The notes under the pieces are model-generated. The model searched no databases. It worked only from the letters and a program-made list of their open reading frames with translations, and was not told the DNA's origin. From the NCBI GenBank assembly GCA_038874355.1, contig JAVZCO010000001.1:434159-498158 (forward strand): 64,000 bases of DNA. The letters run 5' to 3'. Below are positions 48,439 to 60,314 of this stretch, piece by piece (within the stretch, counting starts at the first letter, position 1; every line of letters begins with the position of its first letter). The position numbers and the translations under genes are program-made. The DNA comes from Candidatus Pacearchaeota archaeon (GTDB taxonomy: Archaea > Nanobdellota > Nanobdellia > Pacearchaeales > GW2011-AR1).

Positions 48439-49680
48439 TTATAATATCTTTATACTTTTTATCCCAATTTCTTTCATAAATTTTTTTTTACTATTTATTA
48501 TTTTTTTTAAATCCATATCAATTTTCTCTTCAGCGTAAATTACGCCTTTTCTTATAAAAGTTTTTTTATGCTTCTTCTTAAATGCAATAACATTCATTGT
48601 TTTATTAATCGGTGGACCTTTTATTAACAATTTATCTTTCTTTTTTAATACAAAATAGCAAACAGCGGATTTTTTATTGTCATAAAAAAAATCTTTATCT
48701 TTTATTTTATAATATTTTTTTAAACAATTATTAAGAAATTGGTAAAATTTTAATAATTTGCTTCCAGCTATAGACCCTTCTTGAAAAGAAGTTTTAATTA
48801 AAATTTTAATTGCTTTCTTTTTTTCTAAATTATTTATTCTTTTTTTTATCATTTTTTCGTATGAAAAAAAGTCTTTTGAAGGATTATCCAAAAAATTTTT
48901 GCAATATTTTTGAAATTTTTTAAAAGTTTCTTTAGATAAAGCAGATGTTACATTTCTTTCTTTAAAAGTAGGATCTATTAATATTATGGGAGATTGGATT
49001 TTTGACTCATTAATCTCATTAAGAATTTCTTTTTTATTAGAATAAAATTTTTCTATATCTATTATTATTTTTTTATCCGAACTTGCTATGTTTTTTATAA
49101 AATTTTTAAAGGTTTTATAATAGATTATTAATAACTCTATAGCATACCCGGAAAAACCTTTAATATGAGATTCTGCTCCATAATAACCAGAAGCAAATAC
49201 AAACTTTTTAGCTAATTTTATCTCCTCTGCTAATTTTTTATTTTTTTTAATTTTGTTTTTTACATAAGAAACATGAAAATAACTAAGATCTGTTGTATTT
49301 TTCGCATTTTTTGGGGAAGACAATTTTATTGTAGGAACAATTTCAAAAATTATATCATCATAATAAAAATTATAATAATCTCTACTACCATGAATTTTTT
49401 GGCATTTAAATTTTGTTTTCTTTTTTATATTTTTTATTATTTTATTAAATTTATTTTTTATTTCTCTTTCGTTTTTAAATCTTAAAAAAATATCTATATC
49501 ATATTTTTCTTTTTTTATTATTGTATCTTTTGCTATACTTCCTCCTACAAAAAAATCTATCTTATGTTTTTTTAATATTTTTATAAATAATGATAATTTT
49601 TCATTTATCTCTTTTTGTTTTTCTTTTTCTAATAAAATTTCTTTTTTTATCTCTTTTAGTATAGGTTTCAAATTTTTCAT
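48439..49680 (-). CDS. cca: class-I (archaeal-type) tRNA CCA-adding nucleotidyltransferase, putative
   Basis: N-terminal pol-beta NTase motif FFVGGSIAKDTIIKKEKYDIDIF (GS...DxD). Its 413 aa length fits the archaeal CCA enzyme. It matches the absence of encoded CCA on all three tRNAs in the window. Confidence 0.5.
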   Translation of the reverse strand: MKNLKPILKEIKKEILLEKEKQKEINEKLSLFIKILKKHKIDFFVGGSIAKDTIIKKEKYDIDIFLRFKNEREIKNKFNKIIKNIKKKTKFKCQKIHGSRDYYNFYYDDIIFEIVPTIKLSSPKNAKNTTDLSYFHVSYVKNKIKKNKKLAEEIKLAKKFVFASGYYGAESHIKGFSGYAIELLIIYYKTFKNFIKNIASSDKKIIIDIEKFYSNKKEILNEINESKIQSPIILIDPTFKERNVTSALSKETFKKFQKYCKNFLDNPSKDFFSYEKMIKKRINNLEKKKAIKILIKTSFQEGSIAGSKLLKFYQFLNNCLKKYYKIKDKDFFYDNKKSAVCYFVLKKKDKLLIKGPPINKTMNVIAFKKKHKKTFIRKGVIYAEEKIDMDLKKIINSKKKFMKEIGIKSIKIL

Positions 49681-49698
49681 TTTTTATTAATCAATTTT

Positions 49699-50121
49699 TT
49701 ATAAATAGATAAAAATTATTTTTTTAACTTGTTTTTTTGCTTTTATATTCGCTTGATTTAAATTAGATAAATCTATAATATATTTACCTTCTTCTATTTT
49801 ATATATAATTGGTAAGTTCTTCTTTAATATTTTTGTCAAATCTAATTCAAATTTCCCCTTTTTTATAACTCTTATGGATTCTATTTCTAAAATAACTGGT
49901 TCTTCTTCTTTTATCCCGATAATATCTCTTATATCTTTTTCTATATTCTCTCTTTCTTTTTCATTTATTTGTTGAAAGGGCAATTTTTTTTCTTCTTCTA
50001 ATTTTCTAAAATATTCATCTTTGATATAAAAGAAAAAATGACTTTTACATTTAGAACAACCTTCTAGTAATTCTTTACTTCCATCAGGATATAAAGTTCC
50101 GCAATGAACACATTGATGCAT
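49699..50121 (-). CDS. Zn-ribbon protein
   Basis: N-terminus CVHCG...CSKC forms a four-Cys ribbon; 140 aa. Confidence 0.35.
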   Translation of the reverse strand: MHQCVHCGTLYPDGSKELLEGCSKCKSHFFFYIKDEYFRKLEEEKKLPFQQINEKERENIEKDIRDIIGIKEEEPVILEIESIRVIKKGKFELDLTKILKKNLPIIYKIEEGKYIIDLSNLNQANIKAKKQVKKIIFIYL

Positions 50122-50187
50122 AAATATATGTTAGAAATAAGTATATAAAAACTTATTGTAAAAGAAATTTATTATTTTATATAATTT

Positions 50188-50577
50188 TTATTTTCTTAAC
50201 ATTAACTCGACTTTACTAGGATCTTTTTTAATTTGTTTAACAATTGTAGCAGGCCCTATAATTGTTAAACCTTCCCTTCCTTTAGATATAACATTTGCTA
50301 AGTTACTTCTTAATCTATCAAAAAATCCTTTATTTTCGTTTGTTGGTGTTAATACAGCTAATTCCACACCTTTAAATCCCTTTATTCTTCCAGCTAAAGC
50401 CATAGTACTTTGAATTAAAGATGATTCTTCTATAGGAGAAAGTCTTCCTTGCAAAATAACAATTTTGTTTTCTAAGATTAAATCAAGAATTTTTTTTATT
50501 CTTTCCTGACTTGGCAATCTTTCTAATTCACTATAAGTGATAAATCTTATTGTTAGTCCAGCAATTTTCGCTGCCAT
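50188..50577 (-). CDS. small conserved-looking partner protein of the adjacent GTPase (possible Roadblock/DUF2073-like)
   Basis: 129 aa, co-oriented with and 36 nt from the GTPase gene. No firm motif; the assignment rests on gene context only. Confidence 0.3.
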   Translation of the reverse strand: MAAKIAGLTIRFITYSELERLPSQERIKKILDLILENKIVILQGRLSPIEESSLIQSTMALAGRIKGFKGVELAVLTPTNENKGFFDRLRSNLANVISKGREGLTIIGPATIVKQIKKDPSKVELMLRK

Positions 50578-50613
50578 TTTATTTTTATTTTTATTTTTTC
50601 TTATTTTTCATAA

Positions 50614-51279
50614 TTATAATTTTTTTAATAATCTAAATAATGCTTCATAAAATTCTTCTATGTTTGTACCAAATTTTGCTGATATTCCAACAACTTCGTA
50701 CTCTGGAAAAGCTGCTTCAATTTTCTTTATATCTGCTTTTTTTAAATCGATCTTATTAGCTACTATTAATACAGGAATTTTCCTAGCTACTAAATTTCCT
50801 ATAATTGTTATATTAACTTGACTGTAAGGATTTTGTGTTGCATCTAAAACAACAACAACTAAGTCCATATCATCTAACCATTGTATAGCTTCTATTACTC
50901 CTTGAGTTGCTTCTTTTGCTCTTTTTTGAGCTTCTTTTTCTTTTAAACCATACTTCAAAAATTCTTCATAATCTATTCTTGTTGCAATTCCCGGAGTATC
51001 TATTAATTTAAAAATCATCTTCTTATTTTTATAATTAATTTCTACTTTTTCTTTAAATTGTACTTTCCTTGTTTCATGCGGTATTTTTGAAACTTCTCCT
51101 AATTCTTCACCAGTCCAATCTTTACAGATTCTATTTGCTAAACTTGTTTTTCCTGCATTAGGAGGGCCATAAAAACCTAATTTTAATTCTCTTCTATTCC
51201 TAAAAATGTTATTAAGTATTCTTTTAAAAAAATTTTTTATTATTTTTATTACCATTTTTAATTTCTCTTTTTTATTCAA
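50614..51279 (-). CDS. small Ras/Arf-superfamily GTPase
   Basis: G1 GPPNAGKTSL, G3 DTPG, G4 ANKIDL; 221 aa with an amphipathic basic N-terminal extension. Confidence 0.65.
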   Translation of the reverse strand: MNKKEKLKMVIKIIKNFFKRILNNIFRNRRELKLGFYGPPNAGKTSLANRICKDWTGEELGEVSKIPHETRKVQFKEKVEINYKNKKMIFKLIDTPGIATRIDYEEFLKYGLKEKEAQKRAKEATQGVIEAIQWLDDMDLVVVVLDATQNPYSQVNITIIGNLVARKIPVLIVANKIDLKKADIKKIEAAFPEYEVVGISAKFGTNIEEFYEALFRLLKKL

Positions 51280-51328
51280 ATTTCAAAATTTTTAGGTTTT
51301 TAAATATATCTTATTTATTTATTATTTT

Positions 51329-54094
51329 TTATGTTTTATTTTGAATATTTTTTTGTTTTATTGCTCTTTTTGAAAAAATCTTAGATATGTCTAAAGGTAT
51401 TATGCTTTTCCCTTGATATTTATTTATTACATAAGAAATTTGTTCACTTGACCAGCCCGTTTTACTTAACTGTTGTTTTATTGTATTATATGTCATTCCT
51501 TGATGTATAGCATTATTAATATATAGTAATAGATTATAAATATCATTTCTATTTTTAAATAATTTGGATTCGTAATGAATTCTATACCACTGAGATATTA
51601 AGATATAAGAAATAAAAGCACAAATCAATATAAAAGACCATAATATCCATGCAATAGTCCATGGTTTACAATCACTTCTACAATTTTTCCAATTCTCCTC
51701 TTTTTCCTTTTCACAAATTTTGTTATAATTACACTTTTCTAATAGAAAATCTATTTCAATTTCTTCTAAAGTTGGAGATATATATAAATTAAGATCTTTA
51801 TATTTAATTTCACCAAAGTAAAAGAAGGTTATTTCTCTTTCTTTTATATCATCAAAAATTATAGAAAAAGAATTGTTTAATTGTTTTGTATTATTATAAG
51901 AAGAGTATAAATCAAAATTTACTCCTTTAATAGCATCTGGAAAAATTAAATAATTTTTTATTTCTCTTGAAATTTCTTCTTTTGGGGATATTTTTAATCG
52001 AAATATTCCTAAAATTTGTTCTATTGAATTATCATAATATGCATAAAGATATTCTCCTTGCATATACATAATAATATTATCCTGCTGCCAGCCGGCAATT
52101 GCTTTTTTATATTCTTCTTCTCTTTCTTCAGAATAATTTCCTAAATCTTCTAATTCTTCTAAATCATTTAAATTTATTCTTTCGTAATTTACATAATAAG
52201 GAAGATTTTCTTTTAGTGTTATATTTATCTTATAGGGAATTTTTAAACTTAATAATTTTACTGCAATTTCTTCATATTTTTTTTCGTCTCCTCCTGCAGC
52301 ATTATAATCTATTTGAATTTCATCTAATTGTCTTGTTATATTATCAATATTTAAAACTTTCTTTATATATGGTTGATACTGCGAAGGAAAAGAACTTATC
52401 TGTAAAGTTAAGTTTTGCAATCTTTTTTTGTAAATATCTATTGTTGAATTTATTTTTTCTTTTGGAATAGAAATATTTATATTAAAATCCTTTTCGCTCA
52501 TTAAACCTTCAGAATCTATAACAGAAACCTTTATTTTAAAATTTGAAGAAGAAACATTCATGAAGGTATATTCTATACTATTATTAGTTGTTTCTATACT
52601 TTTATTTGGATCAAAATTCCAGATATATTTAACTATGCTTTTATTGTTTAGTGCTTGTGCTTGAACATAAAATTTTGTTGGATATGCTAAAAATGCTTTT
52701 TTTGGATATAAGTCTTTTATTATAGGAAAAGATAAAATTTTAATTGTTTCATTAAAAATTTTTTTATTTCCTATGTAAATTTCTATTGTGTGGTTTCCAT
52801 ATTGAGATGGTAATGAAAAATTTGCTTCATCTAGATTTAAAATAGTGTAATTAAAAGATATTTTAGATTTTTCTATATTTGTTTCGTAAATTTTATTTGT
52901 TGAAGAATAACCGCCTAATTCATTATATTCAATTGAAATATTAGATATTTTTATATTTATAGGAACATTTGCTTTGAAATTTATTGGAATTACACAACCA
53001 TCCTTATTTTCAATACAAGAAGAATCATAATATTCTTGAATGTAATTCATTATATAATCTTTTAAGTAAGAGTCTTCTACTTTTATTTTACCTATATTAT
53101 CAAAAACATAAGATTCTGCAAAGATAGAATAATCATAAGAAAAATCTTCTGGAATTTGTTCAGGATTCCCATAAAAACCACATTTTTCTCCAGATGATTC
53201 TCTTTTAATTTTATAGTCGCCTAAAGAATTTGTTTTTTTTATACAGATAAAATAAAAATCTTCATTATAATTCATGTCTTCATTTTTTAAAGAAATGTTA
53301 CAAAAATATTCTCCCTCTTTTATATTTTTTGTAAAATCTAAAGTACATCTTCCTAGTTCTTCTCCATCTAAATTAAAAATGGACATTCTTATGTTATTTT
53401 CATACTTTGAATTGTTAATAATATATGCACCTAAGTTATAATATTTTGATGGTTTTAATTTTATTCTTTCACAATAATAATTATCTTGAGATAAAGAAAC
53501 TAAAGTCGAAGAAGATAGATTACTAAAACAACCATAATTTTTACTATCAGAACAGATTATAGAAGAAGAAAATTTGTCCGATCTCCATTCTATTTCTTTA
53601 TCATATAATAAATCTATTTCTAGAGGATTTTCACATGAATACTGGTTTGTTACTTCCATATCAAAACTAAATTTTGATATAGAGCTTATTTTATCCCCAA
53701 CTAATTTAAAAGCAAGTGTATAACTTTCCCCTTTTTGAAGAGTAATGCTTTTTTCTTCCAAATCTATATTAGAAGTTTTATAATAAGGGATACAATTATA
53801 AGAATTACAAAAAAAATCTTCACCATAATTTAAAGAATTTAATAATATTAAATCAAATAAATTAATAGAACCGTTAATTTTAGAATTTCCTTTGATTAAT
53901 AAATCATAATATTCGTCTTTAACAGATATATTTATCCATCCTTGTAAATTTTCTCCAGGTTTGTATTCTTTTTTTATGTCATAAGAGAGATTACCTAAAT
54001 GTATATAAGCATTTGCTAAAAAAAAGTTATAAAAAAAATTATAAAATAATATTATTAAAAATAAAAAAAATATAAATAATCTCTTTTTCCCCAT
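51329..54094 (-). CDS. large secreted Cys-rich, N-glycosylation-rich surface protein with C-terminal TM anchor
   Basis: 921 aa, signal peptide, many N-x-S/T sequons, C-terminal WTIAWILWSFILICAFISYILI helix. Confidence 0.45.
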   Translation of the reverse strand: MGKKRLFIFFLFLIILFYNFFYNFFLANAYIHLGNLSYDIKKEYKPGENLQGWINISVKDEYYDLLIKGNSKINGSINLFDLILLNSLNYGEDFFCNSYNCIPYYKTSNIDLEEKSITLQKGESYTLAFKLVGDKISSISKFSFDMEVTNQYSCENPLEIDLLYDKEIEWRSDKFSSSIICSDSKNYGCFSNLSSSTLVSLSQDNYYCERIKLKPSKYYNLGAYIINNSKYENNIRMSIFNLDGEELGRCTLDFTKNIKEGEYFCNISLKNEDMNYNEDFYFICIKKTNSLGDYKIKRESSGEKCGFYGNPEQIPEDFSYDYSIFAESYVFDNIGKIKVEDSYLKDYIMNYIQEYYDSSCIENKDGCVIPINFKANVPINIKISNISIEYNELGGYSSTNKIYETNIEKSKISFNYTILNLDEANFSLPSQYGNHTIEIYIGNKKIFNETIKILSFPIIKDLYPKKAFLAYPTKFYVQAQALNNKSIVKYIWNFDPNKSIETTNNSIEYTFMNVSSSNFKIKVSVIDSEGLMSEKDFNINISIPKEKINSTIDIYKKRLQNLTLQISSFPSQYQPYIKKVLNIDNITRQLDEIQIDYNAAGGDEKKYEEIAVKLLSLKIPYKINITLKENLPYYVNYERINLNDLEELEDLGNYSEEREEEYKKAIAGWQQDNIIMYMQGEYLYAYYDNSIEQILGIFRLKISPKEEISREIKNYLIFPDAIKGVNFDLYSSYNNTKQLNNSFSIIFDDIKEREITFFYFGEIKYKDLNLYISPTLEEIEIDFLLEKCNYNKICEKEKEENWKNCRSDCKPWTIAWILWSFILICAFISYILISQWYRIHYESKLFKNRNDIYNLLLYINNAIHQGMTYNTIKQQLSKTGWSSEQISYVINKYQGKSIIPLDISKIFSKRAIKQKNIQNKT

Positions 54095-54300
54095 CTTTTA
54101 TTAAAAGAAAATATTCTTTTTAAATTTTATTAAGCGGATAATTTTATTTAAAATAAAAATCAAAATTATTTAAATAAAAATCAAAAATTTATTTAAATAT
54201 AAACTAAAAAATATTTTTTATAATAGAAATATTTAAAAATAGTTCCATATTAAAGATTTATTATAATAAAAATTTGTAATAAAAAATAGACGGAAAATAA

Positions 54301-54885
54301 ATGGTTCCAACAAAAGTTTTTTTTACCAAAGGAGTTGGAAGGCATAGAGAAAGATTAGCAAGTTTTGAAGCAGCATTAAGAGATGCTGGAATTGAAAAAT
54401 GTAATTTAGTATATGTTTCTAGTATCTTTCCTCCTAATTGTAAAATAATAAGCAAAGAAGAAGGGATAAAACAATTAAAACCAGGAGCAATAACATATTG
54501 TGTAATGGCAAGAATGGAATGTAATGAAGCAAACAGATTAATAGCAGCAAGTATAGGATGTGCCATACCGGCAGATAAATCAACTTATGGTTATTTATCT
54601 GAACATCACTCTTTTGGAGAAACAGATGAAAAAGCAGGAGAATATGCAGAAGATTTAGCAGCAGAGATGTTAGCAACTACTTTAGGAGTAGAATTTGATC
54701 CAAATAAAAGTTATGATGAATTAAGAGAGATATGGAAAATATCAGACAAAATCGTTAAAACAACAAATATAACTCAATCTGCTATTGGAAAAGCAGGTAT
54801 TTGGACAACTGTTATTGCAGCAGCTGTTTTTGTTCCTGAAGATAATGAAACTTTAGGTTTTAATAATAGTACAAAAAAAGAATAA
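54301..54885 (+). CDS. pdaD: pyruvoyl-dependent arginine decarboxylase
   Basis: [45 protein letters not shown] closely matches the PdaD N-terminus, including the self-cleavage Ser region. Confidence 0.85.
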   Translation: MVPTKVFFTKGVGRHRERLASFEAALRDAGIEKCNLVYVSSIFPPNCKIISKEEGIKQLKPGAITYCVMARMECNEANRLIAASIGCAIPADKSTYGYLSEHHSFGETDEKAGEYAEDLAAEMLATTLGVEFDPNKSYDELREIWKISDKIVKTTNITQSAIGKAGIWTTVIAAAVFVPEDNETLGFNNSTKKE

Positions 54886-55218
54886 TAATACAAAAAAAGA
54901 ATGTATCAAAAACAATAAAGACCAAAATAATAAAATAATTTTGATACTAAAATATTATAACAAATTTTTATTAATTTTTAGGTATCTTTTTACTATTTTA
55001 TCCTGTTTGATTATTAATTCTCACAATACAGGAAACTCTTCTTATTTTATACATACATCTTAATGAAATTGAAGGATTAGAGAAATATAAATCAAAATTC
55101 AACAACCTTCGCCTCTTAAATAAACATATTCGATATAATAATCTATAATAATTTTACTACCGGAAAAATAATTATCCTTTTATCAATATTGGGCAAATTG
55201 TGAAAATTACTTTTTGAT

Positions 55219-55719
55219 TTATTCTTTCATCTTATTTAGAATCAAAGAAGAAAAGTCGTAATTTTTTATTATGTTTTTTCTAGAGGAAAGAACTATTTCC
55301 ATATCTTCAATATTATTTTTCATTCCATCTTTTATTTTATTTAAAAAATTTTCGCATTCTTCTAAATTTTCATGAAAAGAAATTATAATATTAATTTTTT
55401 TACTTATATCCAAACTTTCAGAAAAAAAAATTATTTCTGGGCTAGATTTTATAAAATTTATTAATTTTTCTAATTCTTTCTTATTAGAATAATCTTTCCA
55501 TTTATATAAAATAGTCATTTGTACATTTAAATTAAATTTTTCTAAATTAATTCTTGGAATATATTCTTTTATTATATTCTCTTTTTCTAACCTTTTTCTT
55601 ATTTTAAATATTGTTGGTCTTGAAGTTTTTAATTTCCTTGCTATTTCTTGATCAGAAACTTTACAATTAATTAATAGTTCTTTTAAAACTTCTTTTTCTC
55701 TCTTTGTTAGCTTTTCCAT
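55219..55719 (-). CDS. HTH transcriptional regulator (Lrp/AsnC-like), divergent from the groES-groEL-hsp20 cluster
   Basis: KVSDQEIARKLKTSRPTIFKIRKRLEKENIIKEY is an HTH; 166 aa. Confidence 0.45.
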   Translation of the reverse strand: MEKLTKREKEVLKELLINCKVSDQEIARKLKTSRPTIFKIRKRLEKENIIKEYIPRINLEKFNLNVQMTILYKWKDYSNKKELEKLINFIKSSPEIIFFSESLDISKKINIIISFHENLEECENFLNKIKDGMKNNIEDMEIVLSSRKNIIKNYDFSSLILNKMKE

Positions 55720-55862
55720 AATTTAATTATATACTAATTATTTATAAATTTTTTTATTTTTTATTCAAAAAGTATCTTTTTTTTAAAAAAATTGGAAAAA
55801 AAGTATATAAAAATAACATATAGTTTTTTTATACTTATTAAATTTTCTGTTATTAATATAAA

Positions 55863-57762
<1,900 letters not shown>

Positions 57763-57792
57763 ATTTAATTAAATAATAAAAAAGAAGGTAAA

Positions 57793-58230
57793 ATGTTTGA
57801 AGATATATTTGATGAAATAAAAAGATTAAAAAGAGAAATTGATAAAAACTTTAATCAATTTTTTAATAATAGATTAGATTTAGAATTAGAAGAAGAAATG
57901 TCTGGAATGAAAAAACCTCTTTCAGAAATGGAAGAGACAGAAAAAGATTTAATATTAAGATTTGAAATTCCTGGAGTTGATAAAAAAGATATACATTTAA
58001 ATATAACAAAAAATAAAGTTGAAATAAGAGCAGAAAAGAAAAAAGAAGAAAAAATAGAGAAGAAAGGATTTTTTAAATCAGAAAGAATTTATAATGGATT
58101 TTATAGAACAATGATACTACCTTGCGAGGTAATACCAGAAAAAGCAAAAGCAAAATATAAAGATGGAATTCTTGAAGTTATTGTTCCAAAAACAAAAGAT
58201 GATAAAAAAACAAAAATAGAAATAGAATAA
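57793..58230 (+). CDS. Hsp20/alpha-crystallin small heat-shock protein
   Basis: Alpha-crystallin-domain pattern (...LRFEIPGVDKKDIHLNI...F.R...LP...... A.YKDGILEVIVPK). Confidence 0.7.
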   Translation: MFEDIFDEIKRLKREIDKNFNQFFNNRLDLELEEEMSGMKKPLSEMEETEKDLILRFEIPGVDKKDIHLNITKNKVEIRAEKKKEEKIEKKGFFKSERIYNGFYRTMILPCEVIPEKAKAKYKDGILEVIVPKTKDDKKTKIEIE

Positions 58231-58232
58231 AT

Positions 58233-58478
58233 TTATTTTTTCCATATAACAGTATTAATTATATATTTAATCATATTTTCAAATGCTTTTTTTTCATTTT
58301 CTTCTATTGTTACTCTATTTAAATTTTCACAATAAACATAATAAGAATTTTTTTCTTTCCAACCTTTCATAATATACTTCTTTTCATTAACATATAGTAC
58401 TTCTATCTTATCATAAATTTCTGGTTTTTTTAATTCCCCAAAAATATCCTGTAATATTTTTATTAATAAATTATTCAT
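58233..58478 (-). CDS. hypothetical small protein
   Basis: 81 aa, no motif. Confidence 0.3.
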   Translation of the reverse strand: MNNLLIKILQDIFGELKKPEIYDKIEVLYVNEKKYIMKGWKEKNSYYVYCENLNRVTIEENEKKAFENMIKYIINTVIWKK

Positions 58479-58569
58479 ATAAAATAATAAAAAATTGGAT
58501 ATAAAAAAATAATTATTTTTTATTATATAAAAAAGAAAAATATATAAAAATAAATTAATTCTTTATTAA

Positions 58570-58854
58570 ATGAAGGATTTAAATGAAATAGAAAAAGAAA
58601 TTTATCTTGAAATAAAAAAGATCAAAAAAATTATAAAAAAAGGAAAGATTAAAAATGTTTTATTACAAATACCAGATTTTTTAAAACCTTATGCTTCTTC
58701 TATTGTAGATAGATTAGAAGAATCTTTAAAAGATAAGATTAATTTTTTTATTTGGTTTGGAAGTTGTTATGGTGCTTGTGATATACCATGTTTACCTAAA
58801 AATATAAAAATAGATTTATTGATTCAATTTGGTCATACTAAGTTCTCTAATTAA
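58570..58854 (+). CDS. hypothetical small protein
   Basis: 94 aa, no motif. Confidence 0.3.
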   Translation: MKDLNEIEKEIYLEIKKIKKIIKKGKIKNVLLQIPDFLKPYASSIVDRLEESLKDKINFFIWFGSCYGACDIPCLPKNIKIDLLIQFGHTKFSN

Positions 58855-58978
58855 TTTTTTATTAAAACCGAAATATTTAAAAATCCTTATTTGTATTTAT
58901 TTTTGAAATTGAGTTATTTAATGTTACTATCAATTAGTAATAAAATTATAATATTTTCTCAATTTAAAAGGATCTTAT

Positions 58979-59785
58979 TTGAAAATGAAAGAAAATGAAT
59001 TAGAAGAAATCGGAAGAGAAGGAAATTATATTATTTATAGGAATGAAAAAGAGATAGTTGTTTGTGATAAAAATAATTTTGTTATAACAAGATATAATAT
59101 AAGAAAAGAAGAAATAAAAGATGAAATAAAAAAAACAATAGCAATATTATCTATTGGTTTTTCTTTATTAAGCCCTTTTTTCTTTTTTGGAAATAAAAAA
59201 AATTATATAAATAATCTTGAAAATAAAGTAATTGCAGAAAAAAATTATGAAATTGAAGGTAAAAATAATAAAATAAATTTAGAGTATAAAATAAGTTATA
59301 AAAATAAAGAAGAAGAAGAATTTAAAAAATATCTTTCTGAAAAGTTTGATAAAAAAAGTAATCATAAATATATCCCTTCTTATATAAGTAATGCTTTTGT
59401 TAAATCAGTGATTTATGTAGAATCTGGATACAATCCTAACGTTATAAGTAATAAAAAAGCAATGGGATTACCACAAACATATTACTCAACATGGAAAGAG
59501 GTATTTCCTAATGATAGTTATAGTGATTTTTTAAAGGGAATTAAAGATAAAAATAAAAGTGAAGAGTTTGTTTTTAAATACTGTTCATTAATAGATAATA
59601 TATTAAATGAAAAAATGCCTTTTTATAAAAATTTGAATAATGATTTGAAACTAGAATATATCTGTGCAGCTTATAATTGGGGTATAGGAAACTTAATAAA
59701 AAATAACTTTGACCTTTCTAAAGCACCAAAAGAAACAAAAAATTATATAGTTAAAATTAAAAAGAAGTATTATAATTTAATATAA
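58979..59785 (+). CDS. membrane-anchored lytic transglycosylase-like protein (SLT/GEWL domain)
   Basis: VIYVESGYNPNVISNKKAMGLPQ matches the SLT catalytic motif (ES-G-N-A-S-GA-GLMQ) including the catalytic Glu. A TM helix lies near aa 55-70. Confidence 0.55.
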   Translation: MKMKENELEEIGREGNYIIYRNEKEIVVCDKNNFVITRYNIRKEEIKDEIKKTIAILSIGFSLLSPFFFFGNKKNYINNLENKVIAEKNYEIEGKNNKINLEYKISYKNKEEEEFKKYLSEKFDKKSNHKYIPSYISNAFVKSVIYVESGYNPNVISNKKAMGLPQTYYSTWKEVFPNDSYSDFLKGIKDKNKSEEFVFKYCSLIDNILNEKMPFYKNLNNDLKLEYICAAYNWGIGNLIKNNFDLSKAPKETKNYIVKIKKKYYNLI

Positions 59786-59879
59786 AACATATTTTTTTAA
59801 ATAGAAAAATTTATAAAAATATTTATTTATTTTTAATAATTAAATAAAATAAATTGAAAAAAACAAACGGAGGTAAAAA

Positions 59880-60227
59880 ATGGAAAAAAAACAAGCTATG
59901 GAGTTAGTTGAAGAATATGAAAAAAAACAAGGTAGAAATCCAGAGAGAGTAAATAAATTTAGAGAAGGATATGACTTGAAATCTGGAGATAGATTTATTG
60001 ATGTAAAAATAGGAACAGAAAGAGACAAGGATCTTTTATTGAGTTTAACAAAATTTAAAAAATTGGGAAAAAATATAATAAATTATTATGTCTACCTTGT
60101 GATAGAAGGAGAAAAACCAAAGTTAAAAATTCTTGAACCAGAGTTTCTTTTAAGAAACTTTAAATTGCTAACTTTAATGAATGTAAAAGGTAATTCCTTG
60201 AGAAGAGTTAAAGCAGAAGAATTATAA
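59880..60227 (+). CDS. small PD-(D/E)xK-like hypothetical protein
   Basis: GDRFIDVKIG fits D...(D/E)xK. Preceded by a ggaggt Shine-Dalgarno sequence. 115 aa. Confidence 0.3.
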   Translation: MEKKQAMELVEEYEKKQGRNPERVNKFREGYDLKSGDRFIDVKIGTERDKDLLLSLTKFKKLGKNIINYYVYLVIEGEKPKLKILEPEFLLRNFKLLTLMNVKGNSLRRVKAEEL

Positions 60228-60242
60228 ATTTTAATTGATTTA

Positions 60243-60272
60243 GGAGGTATATCCCCTCCTTTTTCTTTTTTA
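60243..60272 (+). terminator. hairpin plus T-tract terminator-like element
   Basis: aggagg-tatatcc-cctcct stem-loop (6 bp) followed by ttttctttttta, 16 nt after the stop of the 59880 gene. Confidence 0.35.
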
Positions 60273-60314
60273 TTTTTTAATAAAATTTAAAATTTCCATT
60301 TTTCTAAAAATAAA

